DNA from: Candidatus Latescibacterota bacterium | GTDB lineage: Bacteria > Latescibacterota > UBA2968 > UBA8231 | Direction of reading: 5' to 3' | Assembly (NCBI GenBank): GCA_965261395.1 | Contig: OZ253462.1 | Coordinates: 4,512,001 to 4,576,000, forward strand | Length of the DNA stretch: 64,000 nucleotides | Part shown: piece after piece, positions 1 to 9,924 of the stretch | Numbering within the stretch: the stretch's first letter is position 1 | Layout of the letters: each line of letters begins with the position of its first letter | Notes under the pieces: generated by a model | What the model was told of the DNA's origin: nothing | Databases searched by the model: none | The model's input: the letters and a program-made list of their open reading frames with translations, nothing else | Program-made: the position numbers and the translations under genes

Positions 1-263
1 ATAACGGAATACACCTCCCTGTTCTGTGAGTTATAAATTCGTAATAAAATCCGCTTTTTTGAAATAACGGAATGCACCGTCGGGTCCCGTTCCTCGTACA
101 CTTTTACGACTAGATCTCGAAAGTCAGGCAATCCTGCATCCCTTGAAACGCCAGCTCCAGCAATGAAGAGAACCTCACCGCGTGCGTGGGCAAGGAGCAG
201 GCTCTCTGGAATCGGGGCCAAGCCTTGTCCCAATACAATATCTCTGTCTGGTCTTTGAACCAT
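1..263 (-). CDS. SIR2-family (Dsr1-like) protein, 5' part; runs off the window edge
   Basis: Not in ORF track. Manual translation from ATG 263: MVQRPDRDIVLGQGLAPIPESLLLAHARGEVLFIAGAGVSRDAGLPDFRDLVVKVY..., with the sirtuin GAGxS..GLP.F motif and the IPxxLLxAHxxGxV lead-in typical of defence sirtuins; lower GC than backbone. Confidence 0.8.
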   Translation of the reverse strand, partial: MVQRPDRDIVLGQGLAPIPESLLLAHARGEVLFIAGAGVSRDAGLPDFRDLVVKVYEERDPTVHSVISKKRILLRIYNSQNREVYSV

Positions 264-270
264 GCCAATC

Positions 271-528
271 CTACACCAACTCGCCTAAGACCGCCAAAAA
301 CCGCTCCACATCGTCGCTATTGTTGTACAAATGCCCCGAGACCCGCACCCGCCCGTATTCTCCCCACACCAGCACCCCCCGATCAGCGAGAGCCTCACAC
401 AGCCCATGCGCGTCGTCGTCCGCAAAGCAGGTATTGCCCGAGCGCTGCGGTCGCGCACTCGGCGAAATGACCTGCCGTCCGAGACGCGCCAGTCCGGCGC
501 TGATCTGTTCGGACAAGTCGCGGTTGTG
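271..528 (-). repeat. 258-bp direct copy of the 3' end of the aminotransferase gene (2196-2453)
   Basis: Aligns end to end with 2196-2453; about 10 substitutions counted by eye; translated peptide identical. Confidence 0.95.
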
Positions 529-641
529 TTGTGATCGGTGGCTGCGATCGCGTCGAGCCTGGCATTCCGGGCGGCCTCGATCCAGCAGCTCCAGTCGGGG
601 GACTGTTGATCCTGTTCGTTGCCGAAATCTTAAGTGGCCAT
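529..641 (-). pseudogene. PHP-domain (TrlF/Ppl-like) N-terminal remnant
   Basis: Reads MAT*DFGNEQDQQSPDWSCWIEAARNARLDAIAATDHN; LDAIAxTDHN is the PHP motif; cut off at the duplicated segment. Confidence 0.5.
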
Positions 642-654
642 AGCTGGCTTCCGC

Positions 655-2076
655 TCATCGAGATTCGGCACTTTGCAAACGCCGCGTGTTCTGGTCAATC
701 TGATCCAAGGGAGATATCTCGCGTGTCGTGCCGACACCGAGTTCCAAAAACCGACGCGCCTGCGGCAACAGCCGCCCATCGAACGAACCTACGCTGCTGT
801 TGTAGTGCGACACCGCCGTGTCCAGTGCCTGTCCAACTGCTGCGAGGTGCTTGGCAAATATCGCCAGACGATCGTGTAGGTCCTTACCCAGCCGTCCGAT
901 CTCATGCGCCTCATCTGCGATACTCCGCTCCTGCCAGCCCATCGCCACGCACTTGAGCAACGCCACCAACGTCGAGTACGTCGCTATCACGACCTGATTC
1001 TCAAGTGCTCGTTCGATCAGTGCCGGTTCGCGTTCGACCGCCGGGGCCAGTGCGAACTCTGGCACGACCATTACCACGAAGTCGGCTGTCTCCGGTAGAT
1101 TGCTCCAATATTCCTTGGATCCCAGATTGTCCGCATACGACCGCATCTGCACGGAGTGACGCTTCAGTTTCTCCTCACGCACATCGTCCGTTTTCGCTTC
1201 ACCCGCTTCTTGCAGTGCCGACAGCACGACCTTTGAGTCGAGGATGATGTCCCGGTCGTGCGACAGATGTACGATGAAGTCCGTGCGACCACCCTTTTGG
1301 TCGCTGTCCTGCGTCGTGTAGTGGATGCCTTTCTGCAACCCGGCGAGTTCGAGTACACGCTCGACTTGCATTTCTCCCCATGCCCCACGCACCTGTGGCT
1401 TCGATAGTGCCGACGATAGACTACGTGCCTCGTTTGCTACTTGGTCGTTAGACCGTACCATCAACTCGATCTGCTCCTTCAGGGAAGCCGCACTTTCCAC
1501 TCGCGACTTGTCCAGAGTGTCGATCTTCTCCGCCAACGGCTTTACCATCTGCTCCACTGCCCTTTCACGCTCTTCAAGCGTCTCCTTCGCCGTGTCCATA
1601 AACGACTTCCGCTGCTCTGCCAAGACCTCCGACGACATTGCCCTAAACTCGGCCGTTGAGTGTTTCACCCACTCGGCTTGTTCCTCTGCCTTCGCGATCG
1701 CATTCTTCAGATCACTCTCTAGGCCAGCCTTTTCGGCATTCAACGACTGGAACTGATCCTGCAATTCCGTTAGCTGCTGATCAACGGCTTCTTTGGCCTG
1801 AGTCATCTTCGTCAGCGATTCTGACTCAGTCTCCAGACGCTGGGATAACTGCGCGTTGGTGATTCGTAGTTGGTCAACCTCGCTAGCTTCTTGCTGTGCG
1901 GATTCGGCTTGCCCCTCTAAGTTCTTCAGATCGCTCTCCAGTCGGGCATTGACTGTGGCGAGTTCTGCCTTTTCGCGATTAGCCGTCGCGTTCGATCGCA
2001 ACGCACTGACGGCAATCAACAGCGCAATTATCGCCAAGAAGGCGACAATGACCAGTGCAATACTCACTCCATCCAT
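655..2076 (-). CDS. rmuC: DNA recombination protein RmuC
   Basis: N-terminal TM, long coiled coil, RGAWGEMQVERVLELAGL, DFIVHL..IILDSKV, KEYW..DFVVMVVP motifs. Confidence 0.92.
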   Translation of the reverse strand: MDGVSIALVIVAFLAIIALLIAVSALRSNATANREKAELATVNARLESDLKNLEGQAESAQQEASEVDQLRITNAQLSQRLETESESLTKMTQAKEAVDQQLTELQDQFQSLNAEKAGLESDLKNAIAKAEEQAEWVKHSTAEFRAMSSEVLAEQRKSFMDTAKETLEERERAVEQMVKPLAEKIDTLDKSRVESAASLKEQIELMVRSNDQVANEARSLSSALSKPQVRGAWGEMQVERVLELAGLQKGIHYTTQDSDQKGGRTDFIVHLSHDRDIILDSKVVLSALQEAGEAKTDDVREEKLKRHSVQMRSYADNLGSKEYWSNLPETADFVVMVVPEFALAPAVEREPALIERALENQVVIATYSTLVALLKCVAMGWQERSIADEAHEIGRLGKDLHDRLAIFAKHLAAVGQALDTAVSHYNSSVGSFDGRLLPQARRFLELGVGTTREISPLDQIDQNTRRLQSAESR

Positions 2077-2195
2077 CTCGGTTTACTCCTCTACCTTGCC
2101 TTTGATGTCCACACCGCCGCGTTAATACCGAGCAGCAGAGCGATTTCAATGAATTCTTTACGAGTCATGTTCTCCTCATCCTATGATTCTCCTCC

Positions 2196-3326
2196 CTACA
2201 CCAACTCCCCCAAGACCGCCAAAAACCGCTCCACATCGTCGCTATTGTTGTACAAATGCCCCGAGACCCGCACCCGCCCGTATTCCCCCCACACCAGCAC
2301 CCCCCGATCAGCGAGTGCCTCGCACAGCCCATGCGCGTCGTCGTCCGCAAAACAGGTATTGCCCGAGCGCTGCGGTCGCGCACTCGGCGAAATGACCTGT
2401 CGCCCGAGACGCGCCAGCCCGGCGCTGATTTGTTCGGACAAGTCGCGGTTGTGCTCCTCTATCCGCTCAATCCCCACGTCCAACAGCCGCCCCAAGGCGT
2501 AGTCGAGGTAAAGCACCGCCACCATGGCCGGATTGCCCGGCTCCATTTTATCGGGCATCGGCTTTTCGTCGGCGTCCGGTGCGCGCACAGCCCCTTGCGC
2601 CGGCCACACCGCCAAGTTGCGCCAGCCAAAGGCCGTGGAGCGCACTTGCGCCTCGGCTCGTTGGCTCAGATAACACGGCGCGACCCCGTGAGTCGCCAAC
2701 AGCCACTTGTAACACGAACTGACGCATAAGTCGGTACACGCCGCCGGTACGGCGACCGCGCCTGCGGCATGGGTCGCATCAACCGCCAAGAGCGCGTCGC
2801 GCCCAGCAAGTCCGGCCGCAAGCTGTTCGACATCGAGATTTTGCCCCGTGTAGAAACTGACTTGGCTCACGGCCAAAACTCGAGTGCGCTCATCGACTGC
2901 GGCCAACAGATCTTCCTCCCGCACCAACCAGTCGCGGTGCGGCACTAGCCGCAGCTCGATCCCTTGCCGGCGCACGTTGCGCCAATTGTACGCCACCGAG
3001 GGGAATTCCAAGTTGGTGGTGACCACGTTGTCACCCGGCCGCCAATCCAAGCCCCGCGCCAACCAAGCCATACCCTCAGCCGCCGAGGGCATAAAGGCGA
3101 CTCGCTCAGCCGGAACGCCCCATAGCTGCCCCATGCGCTGGCGGCAGCGGTCGCCACGGGCGTAGATAGCGCGCCGCCCGCGATCGCCGCTGCTTTTGCG
3201 CTGCGCAAATTCCGCGTAGGTCGCATCCTGCCCTTTTAGCCAAGGAGCTTCGCCCCCCGTACAGAGATGAGTCACCGCGTCGAGCCCGACGAAATCCGCG
3301 GGCGGAATGAGGCTTTCGCTTTTCAT
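2196..3326 (-). CDS. Aminotransferase class V / cysteine desulfurase-like PLP enzyme
   Basis: LEFPSV, VDATHAAG, SSCYKWLL (PLP lysine), RVSGHLYN. Confidence 0.88.
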   Translation of the reverse strand: MKSESLIPPADFVGLDAVTHLCTGGEAPWLKGQDATYAEFAQRKSSGDRGRRAIYARGDRCRQRMGQLWGVPAERVAFMPSAAEGMAWLARGLDWRPGDNVVTTNLEFPSVAYNWRNVRRQGIELRLVPHRDWLVREEDLLAAVDERTRVLAVSQVSFYTGQNLDVEQLAAGLAGRDALLAVDATHAAGAVAVPAACTDLCVSSCYKWLLATHGVAPCYLSQRAEAQVRSTAFGWRNLAVWPAQGAVRAPDADEKPMPDKMEPGNPAMVAVLYLDYALGRLLDVGIERIEEHNRDLSEQISAGLARLGRQVISPSARPQRSGNTCFADDDAHGLCEALADRGVLVWGEYGRVRVSGHLYNNSDDVERFLAVLGELV

Positions 3327-3334
3327 GGTATGTC

Positions 3335-5338
3335 CTATTCGCTGGTTACAATCCGCATGGCTTCTTCGCGCGCGCTTTGCAGCAAATCTCCGTCGGCGAG
3401 CAAATTCGCCGCCTTAAATGTGGGCATTCCGGCCTGGCGCACGCCGAAGAACTCGCCCGGACCGCGCAGTTGCAAATCCTTTTCCGCGATCTCAAAACCG
3501 TCTTGGGTGTGCTCCATGGTCTGAAGCCGCTCGCGCGAATCCGCCAACTCGGCCCCGGCGTGGGCATAGCTGATGAGGATGCAAAACGACTGCTCGCCAC
3601 CCCGCCCCACGCGGCCGCGCAACTGGTGCAATTGCGCCAAGCCGAAGCGCTCGGCGTGTTCGATGATCATCACCGTGGCATTGGGCACATCCACGCCGAC
3701 CTCAACGACGGTGGTACAGACCAAGACTTGGATCCGGTTTTGCTTAAACTCCTCCATGACCGCGGTCTTTTCTTCGGCCGCCATGCGCCCGTGCAGCAAG
3801 GCCACTGCGAATTCGGCCAACGGACCGTAGCGCAGCTCGTCGTAGGCTTCAACCGCGGATTTGTAATCCGCCTTTTCCGACTCTTCGATCAGCGGATAGA
3901 CCACGTACACTTGCCTTCCTTGGCGCACCTGATCGCCGGCAAACTCGAAGATTGCCTCGCGGCGGTCGCTGCCGCGCAGGGCCGTGCGGATCGGCTTGCG
4001 TCCGGGGGGCAGTTCGTCGATGACCGACACGTCGAGCTCGCCGTACAGAGTCAGAGCCAAGGTTCGCGGGATGGGCGTGGCCGTCATCACGAGCAAATCG
4101 GGCCTCGCGCCTTTCTTGTAGAGCGCGCCGCGCTGCACCACCCCAAAGCGGTGTTGCTCGTCGATGACCGCTAGTCCTAAGCAGGCAAATTGCACCTGCT
4201 CCTGAATCAGCGCGTGGGTGCCCACCGCAATGTGGGCCGTGCCGCTTTCAATGGCCGTCAACAGCTCCTGCCGGAGGGCCTTGCGCTGGCCGCCCTTGAG
4301 GAAAACCACCGTCAGGCCGAGAGGCTCGACGAGTGCCTGGATGGTGAAAAAGTGCTGCTCGGCGAGGATCTCGGTCGGAGCCATCATCGCCGCTTGATAG
4401 CCGTTCTCCACGGCCATCAGTATCGCGCTCAGGCCCACCAGGGTCTTGCCCGAGCCGACGTCTCCCTGGACGAGGCGATTCATAACCTGGGGGCGCTGCA
4501 TCTGCGTGGCGATCTCAGCGACGACCCGGCGCTGGGCGCGCGTGGGGTCAAACGGTAGGGAATCCCACAGAGCCGGCACCAGTTTTTCGCTGGGCGCGAA
4601 GGCAATGCCGTCGGCCTGCTCGCGGTTTTTTTTGCGCCGCCGCGCCAAGCGCAGTTGGAAGGCAAAAAGCTCGCCAAAAGCCAAGCGCTGGCGCGCGCGC
4701 TCCGCTTCGGCAAGGCTAGCGGGAAAATGCACTTGGCGCAGACTAGCGCCTAGCTCTTCGAGGCCCAAGCGCTGCCGCAAGGCCGCGGGCAGATCGTCTT
4801 CGATCCGCTCGGCAAAGGCGTCCAGCGCCCCGCTTACCAAGCGGCGGAATCCCCTGCTGCGCAGACCGCGCTCCTTCAGATCGGCGCTGGTCGTATAGAG
4901 CGGGACGACGACGCCCGTGTGGAGCCGCTCCTCCCCGTGGATGAATTCGTACTCGGGATGGACCATCTGCCGCCGCCCCTGAAAGAGATCAACCTTGCCG
5001 CTTATGGCCAGCTCGTCGTCAACGGTAAAGTTGCGCTGTAAGTAGCGCGCCCCCTGAAAAAAGGTGCAGGTGATATCGTCGGTCGCGTCGGCAACCACCA
5101 TCACGAAGCGGGGCCGCGACCCAGGGATGAAGCGCGTCTGGCGCACTTCGCCGATGAGCGTCACCTCTTGGCCGATTGGCGCGCGGGCCATGGGCAAAAT
5201 TTGCGTGCGATCGAGGTAGCGGCGCGGCAGATAGTACAACAAATCGCCCAGCGTCAGAATCTCTACATCTTTGAGCGCGGACGCGCGTTTGGCTCCTACG
5301 CCTTTGACTTTTTCAATGGGGGTGGTCAGGATTTCCAT
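3335..5338 (-). CDS. recG: ATP-dependent DNA helicase RecG
   Basis: QGDVGSGKT, DEQHRFG, MTATPIPRT, QLRGRVGRG, DLQLRGPGE. Confidence 0.97.
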   Translation of the reverse strand: MEILTTPIEKVKGVGAKRASALKDVEILTLGDLLYYLPRRYLDRTQILPMARAPIGQEVTLIGEVRQTRFIPGSRPRFVMVVADATDDITCTFFQGARYLQRNFTVDDELAISGKVDLFQGRRQMVHPEYEFIHGEERLHTGVVVPLYTTSADLKERGLRSRGFRRLVSGALDAFAERIEDDLPAALRQRLGLEELGASLRQVHFPASLAEAERARQRLAFGELFAFQLRLARRRKKNREQADGIAFAPSEKLVPALWDSLPFDPTRAQRRVVAEIATQMQRPQVMNRLVQGDVGSGKTLVGLSAILMAVENGYQAAMMAPTEILAEQHFFTIQALVEPLGLTVVFLKGGQRKALRQELLTAIESGTAHIAVGTHALIQEQVQFACLGLAVIDEQHRFGVVQRGALYKKGARPDLLVMTATPIPRTLALTLYGELDVSVIDELPPGRKPIRTALRGSDRREAIFEFAGDQVRQGRQVYVVYPLIEESEKADYKSAVEAYDELRYGPLAEFAVALLHGRMAAEEKTAVMEEFKQNRIQVLVCTTVVEVGVDVPNATVMIIEHAERFGLAQLHQLRGRVGRGGEQSFCILISYAHAGAELADSRERLQTMEHTQDGFEIAEKDLQLRGPGEFFGVRQAGMPTFKAANLLADGDLLQSAREEAMRIVTSE

Positions 5339-5394
5339 GGTTGGCCATGCGTTGACGCGCCCGGGCCGCAGCCTATTTTTGTCCGCATATTGCC

Positions 5395-5868
5395 ATGCCC
5401 AGGTCCACTACTTTTGCCCACTATCTAATGGGGCACGCGCCGTTTAAACGCGCGCCCTTCTTCTACGCCTATGCGGGAATGTGGCTCCACCTGCTCGTTG
5501 GCACGGGCCTCTTAGCCCTATCGGGTGCGAGCGATTGGCTGTCGATCTTCGCGGCGCTGGTCGTCGGCTCGCTCTGCGTGGGGCTGGTACTCTACAGTCG
5601 GCTGACGAAGCGGTACGGCCTGCTGATCAACATCGGTGCGTATGCGGCTAGCATCGCCCGCGCGTTCTCGACCGATGCGGTGGTCATTACCTGCTTCATC
5701 GCGGGCCTCATCGCCACCCTCGTTTCCGGCTACAGTATCTTGGCGGCTGAGTATGGCCGCTATCAGCGCGAAGTCTACCGCCAGCCCGCACCGCTCCCTA
5801 GATCCGCGTCCCTCCTACTAGGCGCTGCCATCGTCCTCCTCTGCGCCTATGGCCTCTTAGCAAACTAG
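5395..5868 (+). CDS. Hypothetical membrane protein
   Basis: 157-aa ORF with several hydrophobic helices filling the recG-mraY gap. Confidence 0.65.
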   Translation: MPRSTTFAHYLMGHAPFKRAPFFYAYAGMWLHLLVGTGLLALSGASDWLSIFAALVVGSLCVGLVLYSRLTKRYGLLINIGAYAASIARAFSTDAVVITCFIAGLIATLVSGYSILAAEYGRYQREVYRQPAPLPRSASLLLGAAIVLLCAYGLLAN

Positions 5869-6971
5869 CGAATCTTGAGCGTCGCCAAGCCGCACAGCGC
5901 CAAAATGCCGGCCACGATCCAGAAGCGGATGACGATCTTCGTATCGGCTAAGCCGCGCTGTTGGAAGTGGTGGTGAATCGGCGAGCGGGTGAAAAAGCGT
6001 CGCCCCAGCCACCGGATGCCGATCTTTTCCTGAATCACCACCGACAGGGTCTCGCCGACGAAGATCCCTCCGACGATCAGGAAGAGGAACTCTTGTTTGA
6101 CTAAAACGGCGACCGTGCCCAACAAGCCGCCCAACGCCATGGATCCGGTATCGCCCATAATGACGTTGGCCGGATAGGAGTTGAACCACAAAAAGCCAAG
6201 GCAGGCCCCAAAGACGATGGAGCAGATCACCGCGACTTCCCCCACGCCTGGCATAAAAGGAAAGATGAGGAACGCCGAAATCTCGGCGTGGCTGGACACA
6301 TAGGCGAACACCCCAAAGACAGCCACGACAAAAGAAGTCGGCACAATGGCCAAGCCGTCGATCCCGTCGGCGAGATTGACCGAGTTGGAGATGGCCGTCA
6401 CCGTGAAGGCGATAAAAGGCACATAGCCCCACGAAAGGTTGAGGACCGGATTTTTGAAGAAGGGCAGATAGAGCTGGGTCGCCAAGTGGGCCGACTCGGC
6501 TGGGAGGGCTTGGGTGACGTACGCGGTGCCAAACGCCACCCCAAAGGCTACTTGCAGCGCCAACTTAGCCTTCTCCGACAGCCCGCGATCGCTAGAGCGA
6601 TAGCGCACCTTGAGGAAGTCGTCGATCCAGCCGAGCGCGGCAAACCAGACAATCGCCCCCACGCAGAACAGGACGAAGAGGCTGTGCAGCTTGCACCACA
6701 GGCCGATGCTGATCAAGATCGCGGCGACGATCAGGCCGCCGCCGTAGGTTTTGGCTTGGTTGCTAGCGGCCTCGAAGTTGAGATAGTCGCGAGGCATGTC
6801 GCGATGCCCTCGACCGTAGAAGTAGAGGATGGCCCGTCCACCGCAGAGAATGGTGATGATCAGCGAGGTGATCGCGCCGCAGAGCGCGCGAAAGCTGATC
6901 GAATCGACCAAGCGCAAAAACGACAGGGCCTCGGCTGCCTCTTGCAGATAGATTCCGAGGTAGTAGATCAT
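5865..6971 (-). CDS. mraY: Phospho-N-acetylmuramoyl-pentapeptide transferase
   Basis: GWIDDFLK, NSVNLADGIDGLA, NSYPANVIMGDTGS, PIHHHF. Confidence 0.93.
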   Translation of the reverse strand: MIYYLGIYLQEAAEALSFLRLVDSISFRALCGAITSLIITILCGGRAILYFYGRGHRDMPRDYLNFEAASNQAKTYGGGLIVAAILISIGLWCKLHSLFVLFCVGAIVWFAALGWIDDFLKVRYRSSDRGLSEKAKLALQVAFGVAFGTAYVTQALPAESAHLATQLYLPFFKNPVLNLSWGYVPFIAFTVTAISNSVNLADGIDGLAIVPTSFVVAVFGVFAYVSSHAEISAFLIFPFMPGVGEVAVICSIVFGACLGFLWFNSYPANVIMGDTGSMALGGLLGTVAVLVKQEFLFLIVGGIFVGETLSVVIQEKIGIRWLGRRFFTRSPIHHHFQQRGLADTKIVIRFWIVAGILALCGLATLKIR

Positions 6972-8980
6972 CGCTGCGAAGCCACCAAGGGCCGACTGGC
7001 GCGCACGAGATCGGCCAATTCACGCAGGTGCGTGTCGAGGGGAAACTCCGGCTTGAAATAGGGCATCGAGATCAAGACTTGATCGAGATCGCGCTCCAAT
7101 TGCGCCGGCTCCAAGACGCCGCGCTGCAAAAATTCGATCAGCGCCAGCACGACCTGCTCGCGGATCTGCCAGTTCGGATGCAGGTAGAAGCGACGCAGCC
7201 GCGCTAGCAGATCGGGATTGCGGCTTATTTTTCCGAGGGCACCCAGGGCTTGGACGATCACTTCCGGCGCGCTATCGTCGAGTGCCGCACAGAGCGTGCT
7301 TTCGATCTGGTCATCGACTGCAAACAACTCGCCGAGAGCCCGCGCCGACCACGCCCGCACCTCGAAGTAGGGATCCGCGTCCAGCCCGTCTAGCAGTGCG
7401 GCCCGGGTTTGTGCGTCGGTCGCCCTCAAGCCACGCAGGCCGTATTCGACGACATTGCGGCGCACAATGCCTCCGTGGTGGAAGTCGCCGCCGCAAAAAC
7501 GGCGCGTCCACCCGGCCGGGGTGCGGTCGGTGAGGATGTGCAGCAGCAAGGGCAGCCGCTCTTGGTAGTTTAAGACCGCAACGAGCTTGACACCCACATT
7601 GCGCCGCCCCAGCGGGATTTCGCACCAACCCTCGGACGTGAGCAGGCGGTCGGCTTGAAAGCGTAGATAGGTAAGCTCGTTGCGTTCCATCGCCTCCACG
7701 CCCCCCACCTCTTCGACCCGCGCTTTCACCCAGCGCAGCAAGGCGTTGGGGGCACTCGGCAAGCGGCCTTTGGCCGGGGGCAACTCCAAGCTCAGTGCCG
7801 GTGGGCGCTGCCCAGCAATGAGGCTGTCCAACTCGGCTGTGATGAGTTCGAGGCTGTTGGCCTTGGGCAGGGTCTTGGCGGCCTCACCCATAGCCTGCAA
7901 GCGCTCTTCGTCGGCGCACAACGCGAGCACCTGCTGCGCCAATTTTTTGCCGTCCAGTCCGCTGTGGATGCAGGCCTTGTCCCAAAACGCCTCCTGATAG
8001 AGCACCTGAGCGGCCCCGATCCGCTCCATCTCCCGAGCATTCAGCACCTGATGGTCTTCGGCTGCTGTGGGCAGCGGCACAATCAGCGTGGGCGTTCCGC
8101 TGACCGCCATCTCAGTCAGGGTACCCGCGCCCGACCGACAAATGACCAAATCGGCCGCCGCAATCAGATCGGCGATCTGATCCGCGTAATCGAGGCGGCG
8201 ATACCAGTCGGACTCGTCCTTCATCCCCATCGCGGCCAAGGCAGCCTCGGTCTCAGCCACAGCGTCGTAATCCGGCCCCTTGTAGCGACCGGTGACGTGG
8301 ATGACCACCAACCCGGCCGCTTGCCATTGGGACAAGGCTTCGAGTACGGCCTCGTTGATGGCCTTGGCACCGCCCGACCCACCAAAGGCCAGAACGACCT
8401 TGCGACCTTGGGCAATGCCCAACTTTTCCCGCGCAGCCAGCCGGTCGAGATGCAAAAAAGAACGGCGCACCGGATAGCCAACCACGGCCACCCGCTTCAC
8501 GTCGAACCAGCGGCCCGCCTGCTCAAACGCTACACCAATTCGCTGTGCCAGCCGCCCGGCAATTTGGTTCAAAAGTCCGGGATGGGCATTCGGCTCGTAA
8601 AGAAAAACGCGAGCGCGGGAAAGGCCGACCTTAGCCAACGCTCCATGCGCGAAGAGAATCGGCGCGCTAACGTAGCCACCCGTGCCGATGATCAGTTGAG
8701 GCCGGTAGCGCAAGAGGATGAGACTAGCTTGGACGACCCCCACCAAGAGCGTGCAGGCGAATCGCAACAGGGCCACAAGGGAGCGCGTGCGGGGGAAAGG
8801 GCTGGCGCAGACAAAGCGGATGGGGTACCCCTGCTCGGGCACGACCCAAGCATCCAGCTTGTCTCGATGGCCCACGTAGAGGAATTCGGCGTCTGACCGC
8901 GTCTGCCGAATTTCGTTGGCAATGGCCAAGGCCGGGTACACGTGGCCACCCGTGCCGCCGCCGGTGAGCAAGTACTTCAT
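6968..8980 (-). CDS. murG: MurG-like glycosyltransferase with C-terminal HEAT-repeat extension
   Basis: GGGTGGHVYPALA, GTGGYVS, EPNAHPGLLN, GGSGGA, CRSGAGT, HQVLNA; extra ~280 aa with HEAT-like units. Confidence 0.85.
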   Translation of the reverse strand: MKYLLTGGGTGGHVYPALAIANEIRQTRSDAEFLYVGHRDKLDAWVVPEQGYPIRFVCASPFPRTRSLVALLRFACTLLVGVVQASLILLRYRPQLIIGTGGYVSAPILFAHGALAKVGLSRARVFLYEPNAHPGLLNQIAGRLAQRIGVAFEQAGRWFDVKRVAVVGYPVRRSFLHLDRLAAREKLGIAQGRKVVLAFGGSGGAKAINEAVLEALSQWQAAGLVVIHVTGRYKGPDYDAVAETEAALAAMGMKDESDWYRRLDYADQIADLIAAADLVICRSGAGTLTEMAVSGTPTLIVPLPTAAEDHQVLNAREMERIGAAQVLYQEAFWDKACIHSGLDGKKLAQQVLALCADEERLQAMGEAAKTLPKANSLELITAELDSLIAGQRPPALSLELPPAKGRLPSAPNALLRWVKARVEEVGGVEAMERNELTYLRFQADRLLTSEGWCEIPLGRRNVGVKLVAVLNYQERLPLLLHILTDRTPAGWTRRFCGGDFHHGGIVRRNVVEYGLRGLRATDAQTRAALLDGLDADPYFEVRAWSARALGELFAVDDQIESTLCAALDDSAPEVIVQALGALGKISRNPDLLARLRRFYLHPNWQIREQVVLALIEFLQRGVLEPAQLERDLDQVLISMPYFKPEFPLDTHLRELADLVRASRPLVASQR

Positions 8981-9084
8981 TAATTTTTGTTTAAGTAAGG
9001 TCGTTCAGACCAGTAGAAGCGATCCCCACATACCAGAAGGGCCTATGCCCCTAATATAGAAGCCGTTAGTCTGGGTGTCTAACC

Positions 9085-9846
9085 CTACTGGTAAGACTCG
9101 GTGCGGTCGCCGCCGTTGACGCTTATGTGCTGCCCCGTCACGTAGCTGGCCGTTGGTGAGACCAAAAAGACCACGGTCGCTGCCACCTCTTCGGGGCCAC
9201 CGGCTCGGCGCATGGGAATACTGCTGAGGAACTGCGCCCGCACTTCTGGTGCCCGCCGCGCCAGTGCCCCGCGCCCCATCCCCGCGTCGATGATCCCCGG
9301 CGACACCACATTGACGCGGATGCCGTGCTCGGCTTCCTCTTTGGACAACACCTTCGTCAGGGCCACGACTCCCGCCTTGGTAGTCGCATACGCCGCGGCC
9401 CCGCCTGGCAGCGTGTTGACCACATTCGAGGCAATATTGACGACCGCGCCGCCGCCTCGCGCCCGCATCAATGGCAGAGCGGCCTTACACATATAGAGGA
9501 CGCTATTGAGGTTGACATCGAGCACCCGGTGCCAGTCCGCCAGCGCCATATCGGCCACGAACTGCCCGCCGATGGTGATGCCGGCGTTGTTGACCAAAAT
9601 ATCCAACCCACCCAACTCCCCAGACACGCGCTCAACCAGCGATTGCGCAGCCTCCGCCTCGGTTATATCGGCCGCAAAGGCAGCCCCGCCCAGCTCGGCG
9701 GCGAGCGCGTGGGCAGCGTCCTTCTGCGTGCGGTAATGCAAGGCGACCGTCGCGCCTTCGGCGGCCAAGGCGCGGCATATCGCTTGGCCGATGCCACCAG
9801 CCGCGCCGGTTACTAAGGCGATGTGACCGTGAAGAGACGTGCTCAT
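9085..9846 (-). CDS. SDR family oxidoreductase (FabG-like)
   Basis: TGAAGGIG, NNAG, YATTK. Confidence 0.9.
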   Translation of the reverse strand: MSTSLHGHIALVTGAAGGIGQAICRALAAEGATVALHYRTQKDAAHALAAELGGAAFAADITEAEAAQSLVERVSGELGGLDILVNNAGITIGGQFVADMALADWHRVLDVNLNSVLYMCKAALPLMRARGGGAVVNIASNVVNTLPGGAAAYATTKAGVVALTKVLSKEEAEHGIRVNVVSPGIIDAGMGRGALARRAPEVRAQFLSSIPMRRAGGPEEVAATVVFLVSPTASYVTGQHISVNGGDRTESYQ

Positions 9847-9924
9847 AGGGGTTTGATCTCCTCCAAAAAGGATTTCTGAAAAAAACGGCGCATTCCGCTG
9901 TCGTCCACGCGCCCCGGAGCGGAT

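Noticed and set aside
2142-2150. gatttcaat matching the CRISPR repeat end
   Set aside because: Only 9 nt with no further similarity; expected by chance
271-2453. Prophage or integrative element with attL/attR
   Set aside because: No integrase or phage genes between or beside the repeats within the window; repeat is long and synonymously diverged
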